Positions 1 through 7,898 of a DNA stretch of 64,000 nt are shown piece by piece (position 1 is the stretch's first letter; each line of letters begins with the position of its first letter). The notes under the pieces were generated by a model, which searched no databases, was not told the DNA's origin, and saw only the letters and a list, made by a program, of their open reading frames with translations. Origin of the DNA: a virus. Taxonomy: Duplodnaviria; Caudoviricetes. The DNA is taken from the IMG/VR virus record IMGVR_UViG_3300035497_000412. The stretch is one strand, 5' to 3'. Both the position numbers and the translations under genes were made by a program.

Positions 1-101
1 GTAGAGACTATCGAACGGTGATAAGCCTAGTAGAGTAGCGAAAGCGAAAGAGCAGTTTCCTTTGAGAAAAAGGATAAAAAGATAGTCCAAAACGATAAAT
101 G
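1..101 (+). ncRNA. Group I intron in nrdD, 3' portion (truncated by window start)
   Basis: R element GTAGAGACTA (1-10), S element AAGATAGTCC (~79-88), terminal omega-G at 101; the NrdD frame resumes at 102 with ATA GAA TCA (IESTTYKF). Confidence 0.85.
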
Positions 102-581
102 ATAGAATCAACAACTTATAAATTTGCAAAAAGTTTAAAGAAGCGTTTTGGTGTTGTTGAAGGAATCACAGATAAAAACTATGTTACAAATAGTTATCAT
201 ATTACTCCAGCACAACCGATTGATGCTTTTAGTAAATTAAAAATTGAATCCGAATTTCAGGCATTGAGTCCAGGCGGTGCGATCTCATACGTTGAGACCC
301 CAAATATGACTAAAAATATTCCAGCTTTGTTACAAATTGTTCAGTATATTTATGATAATATTATGTATGCTGAAATTAACACTATGACAAGCTATTGTCA
401 TGAATGCGGTTGTACAGATATTCATATGGAAGATGATTTAAAATTCCATTGTCCGCAATGTGGCAATGATGATTTTGAAAAAATGAATATCGCTCTTCGA
501 ATTTGTGGTTATATTAGTACAAATCCTTTTAATGAAGGACGTGCAGAAGATATCCATGACAGAGTTTACCATTTAGATTAA
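102..581 (+). CDS. nrdD: Anaerobic (class III) ribonucleotide reductase, last exon
   Basis: TNSYH motif, CxxC...CxxC zinc site and C-terminal RICGY glycyl-radical motif; followed by nrdG. The ORF-track ATG at 99 is intron sequence. Confidence 0.95.
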   Translation: MESTTYKFAKSLKKRFGVVEGITDKNYVTNSYHITPAQPIDAFSKLKIESEFQALSPGGAISYVETPNMTKNIPALLQIVQYIYDNIMYAEINTMTSYCHECGCTDIHMEDDLKFHCPQCGNDDFEKMNIALRICGYISTNPFNEGRAEDIHDRVYHLD

Positions 582-625
582 TAAAAACTTTCTATTTTAT
601 TATTTAAAGGCGGTGATTAAAACCT

Positions 626-1105
626 GTGCGTTATAATACTATTAAGAAAAATGACATAGCCAATGGTCCTGGAGTAGGAGTTTCTGTCTTTCTCCAGGGC
701 TGTCCCCATCACTGCCCCGGATGCTTTAATAAAGAAACTTGGGATTTTAATGGGGGACAAGATTTCACGCAGAATACTTTAAATGAGATTCTTACTAGCT
801 TAAAGGTTAATGGCATTAATCGTCATTTAAGTATTCTTGGTGGAGAGCCTTTATGTGAAGAGAATGCCCCCTTAACAGATTTAATTATAGGCACTGTTCA
901 TAAAGATATGCCAGATGTGAAGATCTACATATGGACAGGATATTTATATGAAGAATTAGAAGCTAGTTCTAACACCTATATACAGCATATCCTTCATACA
1001 ATAGATTGTTTAATTGATGGCCCTTTCATTGAAGCAGAGAAAGATTTAACACTCCATATGAGAGGCAGCCGCAATCAAAGAATAATCAATTTTGACAATC
1101 AGTAA
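626..1105 (+). CDS. nrdG: Anaerobic RNR activating enzyme (radical SAM)
   Basis: NGPG...GCPHHCPGCFN (CxxxCxxC), LGGEP, IDGPF and RGSRNQR motifs; adjacent to nrdD. Confidence 0.95.
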   Translation: MRYNTIKKNDIANGPGVGVSVFLQGCPHHCPGCFNKETWDFNGGQDFTQNTLNEILTSLKVNGINRHLSILGGEPLCEENAPLTDLIIGTVHKDMPDVKIYIWTGYLYEELEASSNTYIQHILHTIDCLIDGPFIEAEKDLTLHMRGSRNQRIINFDNQ

Positions 1106-1120
1106 AATATATGTTATAAT
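1092..1120 (+). promoter_or_regulatory. sigmaA/sigma70-type promoter
   Basis: TTGACA-N17-TATAAT with extended TG, upstream of the gene at 1151. Confidence 0.8.
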
Positions 1121-1150
1121 ATATATAATAAAAGATGAAGGGGATAATAA

Positions 1151-1678
1151 ATGTCTAATAATGTAATTGAAGCAAACAATATGGCTTCTTTAAATGCTAT
1201 CACTAAGATTAGAACAGATATTATTGTAGAAGGAACTACAGCTTATTTAAAGGATGAGCATAAGACATTGTTTTACCATGATGGGGAATGGCTTGAAAAT
1301 AAGCCAGCTTCTATGACTTTGTATGAACTAAATCAAAACGTCATGGCTCATATGCCAGTTCTAACGCAGGAAGAAATTCTCAATAAAGAATCTATTATTA
1401 ATAATTATGTATCAGGAGCAAATCATTATTATCTACTTCTTTGCCGAGATATTAATTATTATACCATTTTTACTCATCACGATCAATCAGTTGATTATGA
1501 GACTTGCGGCAAGGCTGTACTGACTTGCGCAAGTAGCATGGGCGATATTCTTAGCGTAGAAAACGACAACGACAATGATATGATTGAAATTTGGATTAGA
1601 ACTAGAACAGAAGAAAAAGAGAATTTAGTAATGTATTTCTTTAATTGCGATGATTTTATGGTAACTTTTGGAGGATAA
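1151..1678 (+). CDS. Hypothetical phage protein
   Basis: 175-aa ORF with RBS, downstream of a consensus promoter, tightly packed with the next genes. Confidence 0.8.
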   Translation: MSNNVIEANNMASLNAITKIRTDIIVEGTTAYLKDEHKTLFYHDGEWLENKPASMTLYELNQNVMAHMPVLTQEEILNKESIINNYVSGANHYYLLLCRDINYYTIFTHHDQSVDYETCGKAVLTCASSMGDILSVENDNDNDMIEIWIRTRTEEKENLVMYFFNCDDFMVTFGG

Positions 1679-1681
1679 ATA

Positions 1682-1939
1682 ATGTGTATTGTTTGCAGTT
1701 TTAACTTATTTGATTTAGATCAATGGGTATATATTGTTGATGATGGTAATGCTAAGATTGGAGCAATCACTAATCTGCAGAGACTTGGTGAAACTATTGC
1801 AAATCTTAGTGCTACTAATAACATTGATAATGTAAAGCTAATTGGTAATGCTACTTATGCTAGTGATATTGTTAATGATATTCATGAGCATAATGCGCGT
1901 TATTATAATAATAGAAAGATTAATATCCAAGTGAATTAA
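1682..1939 (+). CDS. Hypothetical phage protein
   Basis: 85-aa ORF with GGAGG RBS and operon spacing. Confidence 0.75.
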   Translation: MCIVCSFNLFDLDQWVYIVDDGNAKIGAITNLQRLGETIANLSATNNIDNVKLIGNATYASDIVNDIHEHNARYYNNRKINIQVN

Positions 1940-1950
1940 GGAGAAAGTAT

Positions 1951-2199
1951 ATGTCGAAATATCTTGTAAGTACAGTTGAGACTTACCGAGTTGATAGTGC
2001 TTCTGAAGTGGAGCAGATTTTGGAAGAAGCTAAGAACGCAAATAAGTATGTTCTTACTAAATATAATTGCGAATCTAAGGAGCAAAAAGCCAAGGGTGAG
2101 GTTATTGACTCTTGGTATCGTTTAACTCTTACTAAGAGTTTTAATGAAGAAAAGGAGCCTAGCGCAGACATTGAAATTAGTTATGAGGTGTACAATTAA
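1951..2199 (+). CDS. Hypothetical phage protein
   Basis: 82-aa ORF with AAGGAG RBS; TAATG overlap with dut. Confidence 0.8.
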   Translation: MSKYLVSTVETYRVDSASEVEQILEEAKNANKYVLTKYNCESKEQKAKGEVIDSWYRLTLTKSFNEEKEPSADIEISYEVYN

Positions 2200-2889
2200 T
2201 GGCTACTGTTATTCGATATACTAATACTGAACCTCATTGCTATGAGCCTTATGTTGGTTCAGATTTTGCGGCTGGAGCCGATCTCAAGGCAATTAGGGAT
2301 TATACAATTAATCCAGGAGAGACAGTTATGGTAAAAACTGGAATCGCAATTGAGGTTCCTACTGGTTATTTTGGTGGAATCTTTGCGCGAAGCGGTTTGG
2401 CTACCAAGAAGGGTTTGCGGCCAGCTAACGCGGTCGGTGAATAATTATTATTTCGTTGTAATAACGCCGACTTTAAATTGGGTAAAATCGGTGAAACCTT
2501 CCAAAATTTATATAGGTAATACCGAGGTAAGCAGTTAGATAGCGTAAGGCTAATTGCCACCGTAGAGCGTAGAGGGTGAATAAATATAACCCCTCCAAGA
2601 GTACCCAACACGAAAGTGAAAATGTACGCCGAACTTATATGATGGTAAAATATAAGAACTAAAGGATAAAAAGCCTTTAGGGTAACAAATGGTTATTGAT
2701 TCAGATTACCGTGGAGAGCTTATTGTGGCGCTTCATAATGACTCAACAGAGCCGCAAACAGTTGAAGAGGGAGAGCGCATTGCACAGCTAATTATCATTC
2801 CTTATCTCCCTGTTTCTTATCATCACGTGGATTCTCTTTCCACTACTGTCCGTGGCGCAGGCGGATTTGGTTCAACTGGTACTAAGTAA
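2199..2889 (+). CDS. dut: Trimeric dUTPase, split by a group I intron (exons 2199-2438 and 2692-2889)
   Basis: AAGADL, ARSGLA, spliced motif NAVG|VIDSDYRGE, ERIAQL and RGAGGFGSTG. Confidence 0.95.
2439..2691 (+). ncRNA. Group I intron in dut (253 nt, no ORF)
   Basis: 5' exon ends GTCGGT, pairing with IGS GCCGAC (U.G); ATAAC pairs with 3' exon GTTAT (P10); P7 GCGTA/TACGC; ends in G; removal restores dUTPase motif III in frame. Confidence 0.9.
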
Positions 2890-3374
2890 TGAAGCTTTTA
2901 TCATTAGACTAGAGTAGCCACACTTCTGGATATGCAATTTTTTCAGATGAAAATTTGACTTCATATGGAAAGTTTACTTTCAATGATACGGACATGGGTA
3001 TTAGATTGAACAAAATCCGCAAGAAAGTAAAAGAATTAATCGAACAAAACAATATTGATACTATTGTCATTGAAGATATTTAGCTTCAAGGCAATGTTAC
3101 TAATAACGTATAGACTTTTAAAACTTTAGCAGAAGTTTTTGGAGTTATCTATGAATTGACTACTGATATGAATATTCCATGTAGTTGTGTTTTAGCCAGT
3201 TCTTGGAAATCTACTCTTGGAATTAAGGGAAAAACTCGTCCAGAACAAAAACGCAATGCTCAAAACTTTGTAAAAACTACTTATAATGTTTTAGTCACTT
3301 AGGATGAGGCTGATGCTATTTGCATTGGGTGCCACACGGTTAAAAAAAATTTAAATTTCAATTGGACTGATTAA
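2889..3374 (+). CDS. ruvC: RuvC-like Holliday junction resolvase (4 in-frame TAG=Gln)
   Basis: With TAG=Q: MKLLSLDQSSHTSGYA, IEDIQLQ, VQTFKTLAEVFG, WKSTLGIKG, TQDEADAICIG. TAGs at 2910, 3081, 3111, 3300; absent from the ORF track. Confidence 0.85.
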
Positions 3375-3410
3375 AATAATTTGCATCTTCTGATTTTAAA
3401 GAAATTAGAG
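3364..3410 (+). promoter_or_regulatory. Putative phage late-promoter motif
   Basis: GGAC-N9-TAA-N14-TTTTAAAG; one of ~9 copies before late units. Confidence 0.5.
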
Positions 3411-3424
3411 GGAGGTGCATTGTC

Positions 3425-3856
3425 GTGTTGACTTTTATAACTGAACACGTCATAAGTATTGTTATGACTTTGATTTCCGCAGGAGCTTTAGCATTTTGTA
3501 AATATATGCACAGCAAAATGAAAGGATATCAAGCCGTCGTCCAGAAGCAAGAGCGAGAAAAGTTAGATGAAACTATCATAGCCCACTTAGAGCCAATTGA
3601 AAAAGAACTTGATGAACTGCGCCAGTGCATTAAAGAAATTGACGAAAAGGGCGACCTTCATATGAGCTTAATTCTTTCTTCTTATCGTTATAGATTAGTT
3701 TAGTTGTGTAGGGAGTATCTTCGACAAGGATTTATAACGCAAGAATAGTATGAAAGTTTATCTGATTTTTATAAGGTATATGAAGCTCTTGGAGGAAATG
3801 GATAGGCAAAGGAATATTATCATAAGGTAATGGAATTAGACATTCGTGATAAATAA
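3425..3856 (+). CDS. Membrane protein, holin-like (N-terminal TM, coiled coil, YEALGGNG C-terminus)
   Basis: ORF 3425-3703 extends through three TAG codons to TAA at 3854-3856; GGAGG RBS. Confidence 0.65.
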
Positions 3857-3858
3857 AA

Positions 3859-3900
3859 AATAAAGGGGAGACTTAATTAAAAGTCTCCCCTTTATTTTTT
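3859..3900. terminator. Bidirectional rho-independent terminator
   Basis: TAAAGGGGAGACT / AGTCTCCCCTTTA hairpin flanked by A and T runs between convergent genes. Confidence 0.85.
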
Positions 3901-4283
3901 TATTCACTTATTTTTGTCATTATGCCTGAAATTTTCTTAGACATATATTGTTTTTCTTCAGCAGAAGCTAATGCAATCATATCCATAATTTCTTCAGAAA
4001 TTTCGTGTAGATCATGCTCTAAAGCGTTCATTGTTAAGGCTTTGTCCATATGTTTTTCTTTGGCTTCAATATAAGAAGTCATATGATGTGGAGTGCCCTC
4101 TTTTTCAATGTAATAACTGTCGTCCATAGCTTTCCGAATAGAATGATAATACATAGCTTCTTCTAAATCTTTAATCATATCAATAACTTCTCCCATCTCT
4201 TGGGTATCTGCGTCCTCAAGATGAGCGAGTTGTTCTTCAGCACTGCATTCTAAAATTGCTTTCATGCGTCTCATTTTTTCCAT
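3900..4283 (-). CDS. Hypothetical helical protein (gene 5 of five-gene module)
   Basis: 127-aa ORF, GGAGG RBS, E/M/H-rich helices (EMGEVIDMIKDLEEAMYY). Confidence 0.8.
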   Translation of the reverse strand: MEKMRRMKAILECSAEEQLAHLEDADTQEMGEVIDMIKDLEEAMYYHSIRKAMDDSYYIEKEGTPHHMTSYIEAKEKHMDKALTMNALEHDLHEISEEIMDMIALASAEEKQYMSKKISGIMTKISE

Positions 4284-4297
4284 TGATTAAACCCTCC

Positions 4298-4717
4298 TTA
4301 GGCGACTCTTTCAACGATTAAATTTGCATTCTGCACACTAATGTTCTGAGTCCCTACATTCATAACACTAACTTGAGAACAACATCCACGAGGCACATCA
4401 ATAAAGATGGTGGATGCTACATTATTAAAATCATTTACTGCGCCGGGAGTTGAAATCATTTTTGTTGAGGGAACTGCTTCTCCGTCAATGGCAATTGCCA
4501 AAGACGAAGGTCCAACAGTACCTCCAGTAGGAACAGCAATATTTGCTCCAAAGGTTACACGGAATCTTGCGCGACACTGTTGCGTTAGTCCGCGTAAGGT
4601 TACTAATCCACTACCAGTTCTATGAATCATACTACAATTGCCATCTACAACAGTTGTAGTAAATAATACGTCCTGGTTAGCAGCGACTGTCTAAACAGCT
4701 ACACTTGTAATTTCCAT
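4298..4717 (-). CDS. Beta-rich protein, C1q/BclA C-terminal-like (gene 4 of module)
   Basis: Start extended through one TAG to ATG 4717 (MEITSVAVQTVAANQDVLF), AAGGAG RBS; alternating beta pattern and a CC pair. The fold call is inference. Confidence 0.65.
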
Positions 4718-4736
4718 AAATCAATTCTCCTTTTTA

Positions 4737-5739
4737 TTATGCGCCGCAGCCGCAGCCTGTTCCTCCATAAGGATAAGCCGCATAAGGTGAAGCGGTTAAA
4801 TAAGCAGGTTGTGGAATTGGACGAAGAGTATTCACCAGATAAGCGTTCTGAGAACACTGAGACAGCTGGAAGTTTGCGCCAAGTAGTTCAGTATTCTTAG
4901 CTTCTAAGCGATCGCGCAGGTCCTGCATAGTGTTAGAGTTAATTAAAGCACGAGTGCGCTCGCCCTCCTGATGAATCGCTTCTGTAATGTCGCAAGTGTT
5001 CTGCGCAGCCGCATAACGGTTCTCCATGATAGCGGAGTTAGTACGGCAACAACAATCTTGCTGAGCATAGCGATTTTCAGCAAGATTTGAATTTACTGTA
5101 TTAAAGCCCTGCGCCACAGAGCTGAAACCAGTACACAGATCACGTTGTAAACCATTAAAGTTGTTCAATAAAGTTGTGTTGTTGGCATAGAATCCATCAC
5201 ATAGACCCTACTGAATTCCACGAACGCCATTTTCCACTTGCTGGAAATTCATATCTTGACTAAGGTCAGCTCTAGTTAAAGCTCCCTGTGCGGCATTATT
5301 GCCCCACCCATTATTACCATAGCCCATAAACATGAATAAAAACAGTATGATTATCCCAAAATTGTTATCGTAAAAGTTTTTTATCTTTTACTTCTATTAC
5401 TTCTTATTTGTAATAGTTCAGCATATCTTTTCAGCTATAGAAAAGTATAAACATAAAAGTTTAAAATCTATAAGAATGTTCTCGAATAGTTGTCGCGGAC
5501 TCTTGGGTAGATTATATCTTCTCACTACCTATGCGTTGCCCCTGACTGCGGTCACCGCAGCCTTCGGTTCTGATTCCCATCTCAGGGTTCCAGCTTAATT
5601 CCGCGATTATTCGATATGAGTCACCTCATAAAGTGGCAGACATCTACCAAGCGCCAGAGTTTCCACCGCCAAAACCTTCTGCTCCAGAAGCGGCAGCAAT
5701 ATCGGATAAAGAATATCCACCTGTAGAACTATTGAACAT
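4737..5739 (-). CDS. Gly-rich/TM/coiled-coil Cys-rich protein (gene 3 of module), split by a group I intron (exons 5739-5646 and 5356-4737)
   Basis: Spliced product MFNSSTGG...NSGAW|WIIILFLFMFMG...GIQQGLCDG...QQDCCC...GCGCGA; one in-frame TAG; GGAGG RBS. Confidence 0.8.
5357..5645 (-). ncRNA. Group I intron (289 nt, no ORF)
   Basis: 5' exon TGGT pairs with IGS GCCA; P7 GCATA/TATGC (R GGCAACGCATAG, S AAGATATGCTGAACT); ends ...AACAATTTTG; splicing rejoins T|GG = Trp. Confidence 0.85.
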
Positions 5740-5773
5740 AAAAATGTCCTCCTTTAATAAAAAATATAATATA

Positions 5774-6007
5774 TTATTTAATCCCAAGCTATTGCTTGAA
5801 GGAATTAAATGCTTCATCAAAATTTACGCCTTGTTGTTGACATACATTGCGCGCCACTTGTTCAATGCCAGCTCCATCATTATGTTGAGCCATATTTAAC
5901 AAGTTTGCGGCAATTGGGTTATTAGCTTGCGTTTGTAGCAAATTAATAACTAATTGTTGAGGATTTTGTCCCTCTCTAATCATTTGAAGGAATTGCATTG
6001 GGTTCAT
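5774..6007 (-). CDS. Small Gln/Asn-rich helical protein (gene 2 of module)
   Basis: MNPMQFLQMIREGQNPQQ...; reads through one TAG to TAA at 5774. Confidence 0.75.
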
Positions 6008-6031
6008 CTTTTAATAGCCTCTTTCCCATCA

Positions 6032-6403
6032 TTAAAATTGCGCAATAGGAGTCGTCTAGGGCTAAGGCTACGCCAATGATTCTTTAAGAGAGTTAATTGT
6101 ATTTTCAAACTCTTCTCTAGTAATAAAAGACGAAGTGCTGATAGGCTAATCTGTCGGAATCTCTTTTAATTCATACATATTGAAGGATGATGTTCCATCC
6201 ATATTAATCTATTTAGTATAAATTCTGCGGTTAGCTAAATCAGGAAAATAAAACACTGACCCATCAAAATCAATTGAGGTAGCTTTAGCTTCATCTAACG
6301 AAGCTACTGGACGCCCTTTCAGCATGGTTGACTAATAATAACTATACGGAGCTGGGCGCATCATCTATTGCTATTGTTGAGGATAATTATAGTTCTGATA
6401 CAT
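6032..6403 (-). CDS. Gln/Pro/Tyr-rich protein (gene 1 of module)
   Basis: Open only with TAG=Q: MYQNYNYPQQQQQMMRP...LKGRPVASLDEAKATSIDFDGSVFYFPD; the poly-Q run is coded CAA CAA TAG CAA TAG; AAGGAG RBS. Confidence 0.8.
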
Positions 6404-6439
6404 ATGTATGCTCCTTTCATACAAAAATCTTTCCTTTCC

Positions 6440-6557
6440 TCTACATAAAGATATAGAAATTTTAAAGGACACTTTTTCTCATTTTGTCCTAAAAATTTTT
6501 CCTTTATCTTTCATAGATACCTGTAAATTTTAATCGAATCTTTTTCCTGATTTGTCC
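6440..6557 (-). promoter_or_regulatory. Two tandem copies of the putative late-promoter motif
   Basis: GGAC-aaatcagga-AAA-N14-TTTAC and GGAC-aaaatgaga-AAA-N14-TTTCT upstream of the five-gene module. Confidence 0.5.
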
Positions 6558-6569
6558 CAAAAAAAAATA

Positions 6570-6615
6570 AAAAAAAATAAGGACGATACTGTTTAAAGTA
6601 TCGTCCTTATTTTTT
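6570..6615. terminator. Rho-independent terminator
   Basis: ATAAGGACGATACT / AGTATCGTCCTTAT hairpin with A/T tails after the holin-like gene. Confidence 0.85.
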
Positions 6616-7006
6616 ATTTATCGGTCTTTTCTTTCTTAACCGTAGCTTCAATAATATTAGTAATTAAAGTCTCCAAGTCACCGACCGCCGCAGATAAATA
6701 TTCCTTAGCATCATCGTTTAAAATATTTAGTACAGCGTTTAAAGTTTGCCGAAATGCTTCTTGTTGAGCAGCTTCATCAAAATTATTAGATTCTTTAATG
6801 CTATCGACGTATGTTTGATTAGTGGCAATAACGCAATCGGTTACTGTATTAGTCAGCATTGTCATATATTTACTTAAAGTAGTATTATCAATATTTGATT
6901 GAATTTCTTGACTCTTGGCATTAATCCATTTAACCAAGAAACCTGTTAAAACTCCCAATAGAGGAATAATACAAACTTTAATAATTTCAGTAATTAATTC
7001 ATCCAT
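6614..7006 (-). CDS. Putative holin (single N-terminal TM, LL-H-like)
   Basis: Hydrophobic N-terminus (CIIPLLGVLTGFLVKWI), soluble helical C-terminus (ATNQTYVD); last gene after the tail fibres. Confidence 0.55.
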   Translation of the reverse strand: MDELITEIIKVCIIPLLGVLTGFLVKWINAKSQEIQSNIDNTTLSKYMTMLTNTVTDCVIATNQTYVDSIKESNNFDEAAQQEAFRQTLNAVLNILNDDAKEYLSAAVGDLETLITNIIEATVKKEKTDK

Positions 7007-7020
7007 ATTTTAATCCTCCA

Positions 7021-7845
7021 TTACCGTACTTTAATCCAAATGCGGCCATCCACTTTTACAGGAGCACGACTTTCATTTTCGTCTTTCCAATACTCATATT
7101 CCGGCACACAAGATACCGTACCAACAATGCGGTCCGGCCATTGAATTACCTCTTCTCTAGTCATCTTTGACACTTTTCCATCTGGACCAGAGCAAACGCA
7201 GTCGCCAGCCGCAAATTCATTTCTATCTTCATAAGTATGGACTAAAACTCTTCCTGTAACAGCAATTGGAGTATTTGCCTTTTCAGTCTTACCAATAGCA
7301 AAACCGTAAGTATCTGAGGAGACTCCAGCAAAAGGCTGAAGTCTCTCAGTAGATTTCATTAGGCGATCATTATTACCATCTTCAATTAGTACATAACCAC
7401 ATTCTTTATTATCTATGTTAGATTCTCTATATTCTGCATAATCATTCCATGCAGCTCCATATAATACATTACTAGACATATATACAGAAGACTCACGATA
7501 TATACTTTGATTTCCTGTTGATGTAGCTCCTAAAACATATATTTTACTAGAAGTATCATTGTTAATATATGCTTTCGTGGCGGTGGCAGCGTTGCCAGAA
7601 ATATTGCAAGTCCCGGTAGAATTTTTAATAGCAAAAGGTCTAAGACTGTTGTAATCGCCATATGGATCGTCTGCATCTGTTAATAATATATATGTAGCGT
7701 CTCCATCGTTTCTTACAATGACACCATATGAACCCGACACAATTCTAATAGCATTAGTGCTAATTGTCTAAAGAGTTCCACTAACAGTGGCGCCATTCAA
7801 TAAAGAAGTATTTCCACTTACCGTTAAATCTTTGAGAGAAGCCAT
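7021..7845 (-). CDS. Tail fibre tip protein with C-terminal intramolecular chaperone-like (peptidase G2-type) domain
   Basis: Start ATG 7845 via one TAG; fibre motif YGVIVRNDG...NSLRPF; C-terminal WNDYAEY...PIAVTGRV...GDCVCSG. Confidence 0.65.
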
Positions 7846-7869
7846 GCAACCCCTCCTTTTTTTTATTTT

Positions 7870-7898
7870 ATTATATCATAATTTTTTAAATTAAGCAA
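7870..7898 (-). promoter_or_regulatory. sigmaA-type promoter inside the late region
   Basis: TTGCTT-N17-TATAAT with extended TG, upstream of the gene starting at 7845. Confidence 0.6.

Noticed and set aside
99-101. ATG starts at 99 and 2689, and TTG starts at 52218 and 55327, from the ORF track
   Set aside because: They coincide with intron 3' ends or exon starts, so they are exon boundaries, not initiation codons.
2350-2611. ORFs 2350-2538(+) and 2366-2611(-) as intron-encoded proteins
   Set aside because: Short, overlap the dut exon and ribozyme core, no nuclease motifs.
5633-5899. 88-aa + strand ORF
   Set aside because: Antisense to two - strand genes with good RBSs and operon context.
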